Position numbers and translations under genes: made by a program. A model generated the notes under the pieces. It was not told the DNA's origin, did no database searches, and saw only the letters and a list, made by a program, of their open reading frames with translations. From Octopus sinensis (Eukaryota), in contig NC_043005.1 in NCBI RefSeq assembly GCF_006345805.1, forward strand, positions 79,546,001 to 79,610,000: a stretch of 64,000 nucleotides of DNA, read 5' to 3'. Positions 40,918 to 53,237 of the stretch are shown here, one piece after another. Numbering within the stretch: the stretch's first letter is position 1; each line of letters starts with the position of its first letter.

Positions 40918-40958
<41 letters not shown>

Positions 40959-42172
40959 GTATGTATGTAAGTGTATATTTACAGATATATACAATTGTAT
41001 GTATATGTGTTTGTGTTGTACAGCAGTGCGATTATGCATATTTCTGCTCTGTTTTATTGTGTCTGGGCGTATATGTGCATTATTCGGTGTTTGTGTATGA
41101 TTCTACACAAATGTACAATAACAGTATTCTTAAATATAAAAGAAAGTAACTCTTACAATATAAGTAAAGCAAAAATTCTGAAAACACGAAATAATAAGAC
41201 ACAACAACAAACATACTCTACAAAACTCCTTTAATACATAATAAATAAATATATATTAAAAATATTATGCAATGTGAAAACATAATGAACGGAAATGCAG
41301 AGAGGAAACATGGAGGATATAATCCAAGGGAAATAGGTGATGGTCATTATTAATGTGTTTATACACATGTTTATGCACCCGTAATAATTATCCGGAAGCG
41401 TTTCTCCTTAATAAGGGGTCAGATGCTAAATGGGTACATTCGGAGGGGATTCTCTTTGGCGAGCAAAAATCATGGACAACGGATATTTATACGGCATTCC
41501 AATCTCAAGAGGATAACAAACACTGCTCCTGCCGTTGTTTCCTGCAAATTTATGTTTTATGTATGTATGTAATGTATGTATGTATGTAGTTACATAGGTT
41601 AGGTAAGTAAGGTAGGTAGTAGGTAGGTAGGTAGGTAGGTATGTTGGTAGGTAAGTAATATATAGGGGTATATATATGTAGTATAATATATATGTATATA
41701 TACATATATAATATATATATATATAGTATATATATTATATATATATATATATATACATACATATATACATATATACACACACACACACATACGTATTTCA
41801 TCGTATTGAACCGTTAATCCCTTCATAATTTTCTCTCCCTGTTTTTCTTTTGTTTTCGCTTTCTCTCCCTTTTTTCCTCTCAGCCTTTTCTGTCGAAGAG
41901 CGTAGGCTCGAAATATCAAAGACTATTCCATTCTTCCCGAACGTCAAACTAATGCACCCGCTTGTTACACCTTGAAGTCTCTCCATCCTTTGTTTTTAGT
42001 AAATTTCATATATATATGTATATAAAAGAATAAGAGAATATATATATGTTGTATCTATATATACATATATATATATGAAGTAATTATAGATATACGTGTG
42101 TTTGTGAGTGTGTGGGTGTATACGTTAAGTTGTGTGTTTGTTACAAACGAAGGTATTATATATGCAAATATA

Positions 42173-42500
42173 AGGCGGCGAGCTGGCAGAAACGTTAGTA
42201 CGCCGGGTGAAATGCTTAGCTTTATTTCGTCTGCAGTTACGTTCTGAGTTAAAATTCCGCCGAGCTCGAATTTGCTCTTTCATCCTTTCGGGGTCGATAA
42301 ATTAAGTACCAGTTACCCACTATGGTCGATATAATCAACTTAATCCGTTTGTCCTCTCTGTGTTTAGCCCCTTGTGGGTAGTAAAGAAATAGGTATTTCG
42401 TCTGTCTTTACGTTCTGTGTTCAAATTCCGCCGAAGTTGACTTTGCCTTTCATTCTTATGGGGGTCGATAAATTAAATCCCAGTAGTGTACAGGGGTCGA
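42173..42500 (+). mobile_element. SINE family A
   Basis: Head taaggcggcgagctggcagaa plus about 1.6 units. Confidence 0.8.
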
Positions 42501-42928
42501 TCCCAAAAGATTTCAGGCCTAATGCCTACAGTAGAAAATATTGTATATGTGAATGTGTGTGTGTGTGTGTGCACCTGCGAACACACCCACGCACCCACCC
42601 ACACATACAAATAAACGGAAACAGAGGAAGTGGACCTAGCAATAAAATGTTACTCGGGTATTTGCTGGTTTTTATGAATACGTACGTAACACACCATTAT
42701 ACTTAAACAAGTACATATCCGCGCGCGCGTATGTGTGACTTTTATCTTGTATATTTTATGTGTTTTTATTGATTTGTGTGCGGCCATGCTGGAGCAGCCC
42801 CGAAGAGAGGGTTTTTAGTGGAACCAAACGACTCAGGACTTTTAAATTTTAAACTTAGTACTTATTCTACCCTTCTCAATTGTCGAAAAGCTAACATTCG
42901 GGAACGTAAACACACCATCACCGGTTGT

Positions 42929-42975
<47 letters not shown>

Positions 42976-43470
42976 CGGGTAGAGTAAGTACTTGGTTTAA
43001 AATTAAAAAGTCCTGGGGTCGATTGGTTCCACTGAAAAACCCGTCTCCGGTTCTGCTCCAGCATGGTCGCACACATAAAATATACAAGATAAAAGTCATA
43101 CCTACTCGCGCGCGCATATATGTATATAAATATGTATTTGTTTGTTTAAGTATATATGTGTGTTACGTACGTATTCATAAACACCAGCAAATGCCCGAGT
43201 AACATTTTATTGCAAGGTCCGCTTTCTCTGCTTCCGATTTTTTTTTGTATGTGTGGGTAAATGTGTGGGCGTTTTCGCATATATAATCTTTTCTACTTTA
43301 AGTACTAGGTCTGAAATATTTTCGGATAGAACCAGTCTATTATATCTACCCCAGTAGGCAACTGGTACCTAATTTATCGACCCCTAGATGATGTAAGGCA
43401 AACTTGACCTCGGCGGAATTTGAACATAGAACGTAAAGACAGTCGAAATACCTATTTCTTTACTACCCAC
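42390..43470. repeat. Older inverted duplication with about 490-bp arms
   Basis: 42390-42877 matches the reverse complement of 42973-43470, including non-TE sequence and SINE pieces. Confidence 0.8.
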
Positions 43471-43866
43471 AGGGAGCTAAACACAGAAGGGACAAACAAG
43501 GACAGACAAACGGATTAAGTCCATTACATCGACCACAGTGCGTCACTGTTACTTAATTTATCGACTCCGAAAGGAAGATAGATAAAATTGACCTCGGCGG
43601 GATTTGAACTTAGAACGTAGCGGCAGACGAGATACCTATTTCTTTACTACCCACAAGGTGCTAAATACAGAAGGGACAAACAAGGACAGACAAACGGATT
43701 AAGTCAATTTCATCGACCCCGGTGCGTAACTGGTACTTAATTTATCAACCCCGAAAGGATGAAAGGCAAAGTCGACCTCAGCGGAATTGGAACTCAGAAC
43801 GGAGCGGCAGACGAAATACTGCTAAGCATTTTGCCCGGGGTGCTAACGTCTCTGCCAACTCGCTAC
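43350..43866 (-). mobile_element. SINE family A with about 2.5 internal units
   Basis: Same head and unit as 561-983, on the minus strand. Confidence 0.8.
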
Positions 43867-43961
43867 TTTACATTTACTTACATAATACCTTCGTTTGTAA
43901 CAAACACACAGCCTACCGTATACACCCACACACTCACAAGCACATGTATATCTATTTTTAC

Positions 43962-44003
<42 letters not shown>

Positions 44004-44593
44004 TATACACTTATATACATTTTTGTATGTATTTATGTGCATGTGTATATCTCCATGAATATATGTATTGGGTGTGTTCACATTGGTATAGAATGTCAGC
44101 AGTAAAATCGTTTCTCAGAAAAAAAAGCCTTTAAATTGTTATTCACAAAAGACATTTTACAACAATAAAATACAAAGAATTAAACAAACACTTGTCAACA
44201 AAGAATCTTCGAAAAGATACGATATAAACTACGAATAACTACAAAAAATTCTAAAGAAACAAAAGCCGCTCCCCCACACATAAAATCGCACATCAACACA
44301 TAAAACTAAACGAGCCACATATATATACTATACCACGTGAACCAGATGCACCTCTTTTATACATTCGATGAATGCATTGTAAAAGTTAAAGTCATAAATG
44401 TGTACAAAGCATGTATTTCCCCCAATCTCATTCTGTTACAATACATTACACTATATAAATACATAACTACAAAAGCACACACTCGCATATACATATACAC
44501 ACAAAATCTCACACACAAACACATTCAAACACATACACACACACACATAAAAACATGAATACACATATACATATGCGTGTGTGTATATATATA

Positions 44594-44903
44594 CCCCAGT
44601 AGCAAGGTCATCAGAGAGAAGTCCGGCGTGAGGGATGTCATCGCAGAATATACACGCAGCAAGTTTAGATGAGTTGGACACGTCGCCCGGCTCACCGATA
44701 ATCGGTGGACCGCGCAGTCGTCGAGTGCCACCCGCGCAAGCGGAAACGACCAATCGGAAGACCTCCACGGCGGTGGAGTTACGATTTCAGGAGGGCGATT
44801 GGGATCATGTGGATGAGAAAGGCACGATCAAGAGAGGAGTGAACAGCGTGCTGTGACCAGCGGTGTCAAATGGACGCCCGGCGGACTGGTCAGTCAAGGT
44901 GAT
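44594..44903 (+). mobile_element. RTE-clade LINE 3' fragment in a (TA)n tract
   Basis: GC-rich island translating KVIREKSGVRDVI..KFR*VGHVARLTDNRWT, followed by a GRPPRRW-like motif in a shifted frame. This is an RTE C-terminal signature. Confidence 0.75.
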
Positions 44904-45489
44904 ATAGATATATATATATATATATACTACATATAAGAGAGAGGGTACGTACGCCGCTATATATATATATGTATAAAAATACAAACTGGGACAAGAACGC
45001 AAAACATTTAGGAGACGATACAAAAAACACGGACGGGACATTCGAAGCCTTCAATCTTCAGTCAAGAACCGGATTATCCTTGAAATTTTAGCTGATTAAT
45101 CTTGAGATTGCTCCAATCGGGCCTGTGTGTTGTGTGTGTGTGTGAAGGCTCGTGGTCTAGTTGTCATGTTGTTGAACTCACGATCGATAGTGTCCTTAAG
45201 CAAGAAATTTCATTTCACGTTACGCCAGTTCACACCGCTGTAAACGTGTAATTGTTTCAGGGAGTCAGATCCCTTCCGATCAGTGGGCGTTGTTGGACTT
45301 GATTGCTTAGCCAACGGGTAAGCATCTTTGGCAAGAGAACGACGAACGATATATAGCAAAGATATATGGCAATACGACGAACGATATATAGCAACTTCCC
45401 ATAGTCTAGCCCATCACGGGATTTTGAGCTTTCCCTCCCACCCTCTCTCTCCCTCTTTATATATATACAGATATATAAATTTATATAAA

Positions 45490-47410
45490 TAAGGATAATA
45501 TGTTCTATTCTTATGCAAATAAGCATAGAACCACTGTCTCACCCATTGGGGCATTGATTGATGATAACGGCATTCCCCAACACGATGCTAAAGAAATGGC
45601 AGAAATACTGCAGAAACAATACTGCTCTGTCTTTAGTGTCCCCACTGATATTGACATAAGAGAAACGAACGAAGTTGACTCCCAACACAAAATCTCAGAC
45701 ATAACCTTCACTGCCACTGACATCGTAGCAGCAATAAATGAGGTCAAATACTACTCTGCTGTAGGCCCTGATAGATTCCCCGCTAGTCTCCTGAAGGAAT
45801 GTAGACACCAACTTGCTGTCCCTCTGACCAACCTCTGGAGAAATTCGTTAGACGCAGGTTATATACCGAAACAGTTTCTATCCCAGTCGGTCATCCCGGT
45901 TTTCAAACAGGGAAACAGATCCCTCGCAGTCAACTATCGCCCAATCTCACTCACCTCCCACATCATTAAAGTGTTTGAAAGAGTGTTAAGATCAAGGATG
46001 GCTGACTTTCTGGAGACCCATAACCTCCTAAATGCAAATCAGCATGGCTTCCGCTGTGGCAGGGACTGTCTAACACAGCTCTTACACCACACTGAAGATG
46101 TACTCAAAGCCTTGGGAACAGGTTCGAACTCTGACGTCATATATCTTGACTTCAGTAAAGCGTTCGACAGAGTAGACCATAATATCCTACTCTCAAAATT
46201 GGCAAATTTTGGAATCCGTAGAAAAGTTCTACACTGGATTAAGTATTTCCTGGCGAATAGAACACAACATGTTGTAGTTGATGGAGTCCACTCAAGCCCA
46301 GCAAAAGTCACCAGCGGTGTTCCCCAGGGGACTGTTTTGGGTCCGCTACTCTTCATAATTTACATAAACAACTTTTCCAGTGTCGTACATTACTGCAAAG
46401 TGAAAATATTTGCTGATGACACTAAGCTCCAGCAAATCGTCAATGAAGAAGCAGACCGAACTCAACTCCAGTCTGATCTATATGCTGTGAGTCAATGGGC
46501 AGACAGAAACAAAATGCAACTGAATGAGGGAAAATTTGAGGTGATGCATTTTGGAAGAAATTCCTCACTAAAACAACCATACTCTCTTCCTTCAGGGGAA
46601 CCGCTCACAGCCTCCAAGAATATCAGAGACCTGGGTGTAATTGTTGATGACAATCTCAGTTGGAGTGCACACATCAATAAGAAGGTCGATATAGCTCGTA
46701 GGATGAGTTCCTGGATCTTAAGAACTTTCCGGTCCAGAGAACAAGGTGTCATAATACCACTTTTCTCCTTTGTACGACCACACCTTGAATACTGCTGCCC
46801 ACTGTGGTCTCCCCATACAAGACAAAACATCTCCAGGATTGAGTCACCCCAGAGGGCACTCACTAAACGAATTGAAGGCATGGCTGCTCTCGATTATTGG
46901 GATCGCCTTAAAGCCTTGAAACTTTACTCCCTCCAGACTCGCCGTGAGCGGTACATCATTTGTACGATGTGGAGAATATACCGCCAACTTTGACCAAACG
47001 ACCTTAACATTAGCTTCAAGGTTCATCCAAGACTGGGACCACGGGCCATACGTCCCCTGCCCAATTCAAGATCACAACACTGCAACATAATTTCTTTTCC
47101 TCAACAGGCCTTGCCCTATTTAACATTGTTCCGAGGGTGATCAAAGAGGAAAAGTTTCCCATCAACTCTAAACGGAGTCTGGATAGATTCCTTCAAAGAA
47201 TACCAGATAAGCCACCCATAATTGGATACATCTCACCCAACAAGAACTCACTACTTGAACAAAACTTGATACAATTCACCCAACAAGAACTCACTACTTG
47301 AACAAAACTTGACTTAAACAGGATTCGAATAATCCTATCAGGTGGTGCTATTAAGTTAGGCATGGCCTGGACCAATCTTTGGTCGAAACATATCTAAGTT
47401 ATCTAAGTTT
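45490..47410 (+). mobile_element. 5'-truncated CR1-clade LINE with a nearly intact RT region
   Basis: ORF 45500-46993. The 3' end has a stem-loop plus GAAAC followed by (atctaagtt)x2. Confidence 0.9.
45500..46993 (+). CDS. Reverse transcriptase of a CR1-clade LINE (497 aa, lacks the APE domain)
   Basis: NYRPISLTSHIIKVFE, QHGFRCGRDCLTQLL, YLDFSKAFDRVDH, SGVPQGTVLGPLLFIIYIN, FADDTK, RPHLEYCCPLWSP. Confidence 0.88.
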   Translation: MFYSYANKHRTTVSPIGALIDDNGIPQHDAKEMAEILQKQYCSVFSVPTDIDIRETNEVDSQHKISDITFTATDIVAAINEVKYYSAVGPDRFPASLLKECRHQLAVPLTNLWRNSLDAGYIPKQFLSQSVIPVFKQGNRSLAVNYRPISLTSHIIKVFERVLRSRMADFLETHNLLNANQHGFRCGRDCLTQLLHHTEDVLKALGTGSNSDVIYLDFSKAFDRVDHNILLSKLANFGIRRKVLHWIKYFLANRTQHVVVDGVHSSPAKVTSGVPQGTVLGPLLFIIYINNFSSVVHYCKVKIFADDTKLQQIVNEEADRTQLQSDLYAVSQWADRNKMQLNEGKFEVMHFGRNSSLKQPYSLPSGEPLTASKNIRDLGVIVDDNLSWSAHINKKVDIARRMSSWILRTFRSREQGVIIPLFSFVRPHLEYCCPLWSPHTRQNISRIESPQRALTKRIEGMAALDYWDRLKALKLYSLQTRRERYIICTMWRIYRQL

Positions 47411-47477
47411 ATCGTTATTTAAAATACTGATCTTATTAGGTGGCAAGCATGGAAATAAATACCTCAAAGGTTATAAT

Positions 47478-47655
47478 TATTAAAATCATAATTAAGGGTA
47501 TCTAAAAGATAACACCATGCTAGAGATAGCAGCCAAAACTTGACTCTAAAACCACATTAAACGTATGAACTTTTAACGCGGTTTTAAAGTCAAGTTTTGC
47601 CTGCTGTTTCTAGCATGGTGGTATCTCTTAGATACCCTTAATTATGATTTTAATA
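47478..47655. mobile_element. Palindromic MITE-like element
   Basis: About 83-bp imperfect inverted arms around a 12-nt spacer. A partial copy of one arm lies at about 9013-9100. Confidence 0.6.
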
Positions 47656-47674
47656 TACAGATATATATATTATG

Positions 47675-47784
<110 letters not shown>

Positions 47785-48024
47785 GTTTGACGTTTTGTGT
47801 CGCTGAGCAAGACACTTTCTTTCAGGTTGCTCCAGTCCATTCAGCTGGCAAAAATGAGTCTTGTCACACTCTGTGTCACGCTGATTCGCCCTGAGAACTG
47901 CGATAAGGTTACACGTGTCTATGGAGTGCTCAGCCACCTACACGTTAATTTCATGCGCAAGCTGTTCTGTTGATCGTATCAGCCGAGGCCTGTGTCATTC
48001 GTAACCGCCGGATTGCTTTTTTGA

Positions 48025-48077
<53 letters not shown>

Positions 48078-48106
48078 ACATATATATGTATATATATATA
48101 TATTAT

Positions 48107-48756
48107 AGTTTACCATTAAACAGTAGATGAAACGGTGCATCGTATAAGAAATTACAGGGTAAATGTTTTTTAATTTTCTCCTGGTTTACAGAATTGATTT
48201 TTATTTGCGGTTGAAGCTTTGGCTGCTATTTCTAGTGGGTGAATGGCCTATTATGGCCGTTCCTTGATTGTGATGTTGAACTTAAAAATGGTCTATGACT
48301 ATTTAATTTTCTCCCACTAGGCCGCTGGTGGCAAAAAAATTCTACAAAATTTTTTGCCACCCTATATTGATTAATTATGAATTTTCTGGTTAATTCCGTA
48401 ATGGAATCGGCGGCTTATATTATTTGCTGCCGATAGATTTGGCGCGAGTGCAATGATTTGAAAATTTTAGGTCAGATATTGCCGAGGCAGGGTCGGAAAT
48501 GCCTCGTGAAAATATCTGTTCCGACTTGGCTATTTCTTACTGATGAATCTAAGGGCCTATGGAAGATTGGCTTGATTTAATTTAATCAGGTTAGTTTACC
48601 ATTAAACAGTAGATGAAAAACGGTGCATCGTATAAGAAATTACAGGGTAAATGTTTTTTAATTTTCTCCTGGTTACGGAATTGATTTTTATTTGCGGTTG
48701 AAGCTTTCGCTGTTATTTCTAGTGGGTGAATGGCCTATTATGGCCGTTCCTTGATT

Positions 48757-48761
<5 letters not shown>
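48107..48761 (+). repeat. Direct repeat of about 165 bp with a 485-bp period
   Basis: 48107-48272 and 48592-48761 are nearly identical. Confidence 0.85.
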
Positions 48762-48813
<52 letters not shown>

Positions 48814-48834
48814 GTTTGTATGTATGTATTTATG

Positions 48835-49050
48835 TAACTGTGTTTGTCCCCAACTCCGCAACATCGCTTGACAGCCGATGTTGGTGTGTTTATGTACCCG
48901 TAACTTAGTAGTTCGACAAAAGAGACCGATAGATAGTACTGGGCTTACAAAGAACATGTCATGGAGTTGATTTTTTTCGACTAAAGGTGGTGCTCCAAAC
49001 TGGCGGCAATCAAATAACTGAAACGAAGGAATAAAGGGATAAAAGAATAA
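48835..49050 (+). mobile_element. SINE part C (CR1-like tail)
   Basis: tgtttgtcccc..cgcttgacagccgatg..ggtgctccaaactggcggcaatcaaataactgaaac. Other C copies at about 4440-4600(-), 22370-22510(-), 42770-42930(-) and 50260-50305(-). Confidence 0.7.
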
Positions 49051-49065
49051 AATAATATATATATA

Positions 49066-49130
<65 letters not shown>

Positions 49131-50729
49131 TGTGTATGGATAATGAAATTTTAAACACACCACTCATAGAATGCAAATTAATGGATCTGGTTTACCGAAG
49201 CAGCAAATATTTTGTGTATACAAAAAAAAAATGTCAATTTGTTTCACTGAGTATGGTTGAGTGATGTTCACGCCATTTATGAAAGTTTAATAAGGGTGAA
49301 AGCCGATTAAGATTGTACCTGATGCTTCTTTATTTTTTTATTTTTTTGAATATAGAAGGAGTATATAATATTCATGTGTTTGCATATCTACACTCAGATC
49401 GTCTGTGTATGTGAGTTCGAAATGATAAGGTGTAAATAGTGATAATGAGTGCCCTTTATCAGCGTATTAACGACAATACCAACGTTTTCTTCAAATATGG
49501 TGGACGATTACAAAGACTCTTAAATACGATGTTTGAAGAATTGTAACTTACGTGCATGAAACCATTGGTGTTGCTGTTAATTGTATATTCATGAATCTAG
49601 AACATACATACATTGGAAAATACATGCATACATACATATGTACATACGTACGTACATACATAAGTGATGTTAATGGGTCTCCACACGTGGCTGACGAAGA
49701 CCATCGCTGATCATTACCCATAGAATACGCCAGCAATAGCCGTAAATGAGGTAATTGCACCAGAAGTCTGTTTCACCCGGGTTCGGGTCCGCTTCCAAAC
49801 TCACCGTGGCTTCTATTCTAACAGCATCTTCCTATTCGACCGGGCATTGGATACACGCCTCGCCAATGATTTGACAACGTAAGGTTTTATTCCAATAAGG
49901 TTTACCTTATAGTACTCTCACTGAATACCTTTTGTAATCACCCGAGAGGACACTTCTTCACCGAGGGATACAGTTGTACATTATTCCACCTACGATGGAT
50001 CGGTGCTAGATGGATCGAAAACTTGTGGTAAGCAATAGATTCTCGCGTATTCCATCTTCCGTTTCCTTCATTAATTACATGTATGTATATATGAGTGTGT
50101 GCGTGTATAAACATATGTGTGTGTGTGCATGTGTGCATACATACATATATAAAGACAGGTATACATACATGTGTTTGTTTGTGTTAGGTCACACGAGAGT
50201 GGATAAGGCATTTCCTATATGGGCATATATATATATATATATATAATTTTATTCTTTTATTCATTTATTTGTCTCAATCATTTGACTGCGGCCATATTGG
50301 AGCACATGCACACACACACATACATACATACACATATATATATATATAATATAAACAGACTGAGATAACGTAATGGGAAATAGATACATAGATAGATAGG
50401 AAGATAGATAGATAGATGGGAAAGGAAAGAGAGAGATAGATCGAGGGAGAGAGAAAGAAGGGGAGAGAGAGAAAGAGTATAACTTATTAGGAAACATAAA
50501 TCTCACGTCTAAATATAGAAACTCCATAGAACGTGTTATCTTTTATATTTATTTATGCAAATAATTGTGAATATAAAAATACGTGCGACAGACACTTGGA
50601 TTAGCTTTGATCATACGTCTGGTGCATCAGGTGTGAACTTTATTGAACCAAATACACCTGAATATATCATACATATTTACATACATGCGTATATGCATAC
50701 ATGCATTCATACACACATATATACATAAA

Positions 50730-50770
<41 letters not shown>

Positions 50771-51217
50771 ACACATACACATACGTATATATATATAAAT
50801 ATATATATTCATGTCTGGATTAACTTTATATATATATATACATATATGTAAGTGTGTGTGTGCGGGTATAGATGTAGAAAACGTGTATGTAGGACTTGTG
50901 TGCATGCTGATATATATATATACAGATTCTTCGATAGAAGTGTATGTAAAATAGTTCCTAGCATTTTGTATTTTATTCATGTAAATATTAGTTAAAATTT
51001 GAAACTTAACGGTGAGAACAAAAGTTAACTGTAATTCGGTTTGAAATAATGGAACAAGGCTACCAGTTTCGAGGGAGGGGTAAGTCTCTTTCAGCAATCC
51101 TAGTGTTCAACTGGTCCTTATTTTCTCTCCCCCGAAAGGATGAAAAGCAAAGTTGGCGTCGGCAGAATTTGAACGCGGAACTCAAAGACAAACGAAATGC
51201 CGAAATGCCGAATGCAA

Positions 51218-52635
51218 AGATAAACGAAATGTGCTAGCGCTTCTGCCAGCTCGCCGCCTGAAATTTCAAAATAGGCAGGGCAACAGCCACCAAATTTTCA
51301 AGTAGTTAGAAATAATAGAAAGAAGTGGCAGGACAGCTGTGAATATGTTTCAGTCTTTTTATATCATACCAACATTCTTTAAATTAACCGTGACTCCTCT
51401 GTTTATAAGAAATAAAACGAAACAGGTATTTCGTGATTGAAAACTTATATAATAATATAATGATAGAATGACAGCTAAAAACGTAGTACGGATGCCAGTG
51501 GTTTAAAAACATAATTGTAGTGTCTGAGCTAAGAATGGCTCAGTAAGTTGTAATTTGTAGTTAAATAAAATCATATACGCATTTATTATTAAGTTTTCTC
51601 TCAATGGGTGACCTCGCGTGAATTTTTTTTATTTCAAATGCATTATTTATTTTTCTTGCGTTGCGTGGTCGTTTAACATTTATGTGAGAATAATATAACT
51701 GTAAATTATTGTAGTAATAACAATTTCGTTTTCATTTAGCTCTATTTTAAAAACTCTCATGCGTCTATAATATTCTTTCCATATCTTTCATTTATCTTCG
51801 TTGTATATCATCTCGTTCATTGATATTTAAGTGATTATATATCAGTACCTAGTTTAATTCTCTTACACCAGTATGTTTATCGAACATGATAGTAATGTTC
51901 CTCATTAATTTGTTCTCTTCACGGATGCACTGGAGCGTTTTCCTAAAGCTGGATCTAATATTGATAATTTGGGCTAATCTGTGCACTCTCGGTGGTAGTG
52001 TTTCTAGTTGTCCAATAATTGCAACATACATTTTTAAGGCCATTAATGTAAAAATGACTGTTGGTTGACTCATCATGGCATTTGCATCAATATTAACTTG
52101 ACACAACAATTATGTTTTTAAACCACTGGCATAATTTACTACAATAATTTACAGTTATATTATTCTCACATAAATGTTAAACGACCACGCAACGCAAGAA
52201 AAATAAATAATGCATTTGAAATAAAAAAAATTCACGCGGGATCACCCACTGAGAGAAAGCTTAATAATAAATGCGTCTATGATTTTATTTAACTACAAAT
52301 TACAACTTACTGAGCCATTCTTAACTCAGACACTACAATTATGTTTTTAAACCACTGGCATCCGTACTGCGTTTTCAGCTGTCTTTCTATCATTATATTA
52401 TTATATAAGTTTTCAATCACGAAATACCTGTTTCGTTTTATTTCTTATAAACAGAGGAGTCACGGTTAATTTAAAGACTGTTGGTATGATATAAAAAGAC
52501 TGAAACATATTCACAGCTGTCCTGCCACTTCTTTCTATTATTTCTAACTACTTGAAAATTTGGTGGCTGTTGCCCTGCCTATTTTGAAATTTCAGGCGGC
52601 GAGCTGGCAGAAGCGCTAGCACATTTCGTTTATCT
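51218..52635. repeat. Recent inverted duplication with 500-bp arms
   Basis: 51218-51717 is nearly identical to the reverse complement of 52136-52635. The spacer is 418 bp. Confidence 0.93.
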
Positions 52636-52916
52636 CATTCCAGCCTCAATAAAATCTGGGACCAGTGAAGTACTGGAATCAATGTAACCGACTAGCACTC
52701 ACCGACAACTCTAAAATTGCTGGCCTTGCGCCAAAATTTGAAATCATTATTATTGTTATGGTTGTTATTAAAGCAGCGAACTGACAGAAAGGTTAGCACG
52801 CCGGGCGTAATGCTTAGCGGTATTTCGCCCGTCTTCACGTTCAAAGTGGTCGTCGACGTCATGGTGGCGGCAGCAGCAACAGCAACAGCGGCAGCAGCAG
52901 CAGCATCCTCATCATC

Positions 52917-52956
<40 letters not shown>

Positions 52957-53184
52957 AGGCGACGATCTGACAGAATCGTTAGAATGCCGGGTAAAATGCT
53001 TAGCGGCATTTCGTTTGTCTTTATGTTCTGAGTTCAAATTCCGCCGAGGTCGGCTTTACCTTTCATTCTTTCGGAGTCGATGAATTATGTACCAGAGAAA
53101 CACACGGGTCGATGTAATTGACTAGTCCCCCCCACACACACAAATTTCAGGCCTTGTACCTTTAGAAAAAGTATTATCATTATG

Positions 53185-53237
<53 letters not shown>

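Noticed and set aside
45030-45075. Minus-strand CTGAAGA..CGAAT hammerhead-like motif
   Set aside because: Helix II cannot fold, the GAAA is non-canonical and there is no helix I. It is probably a pLTR fragment.
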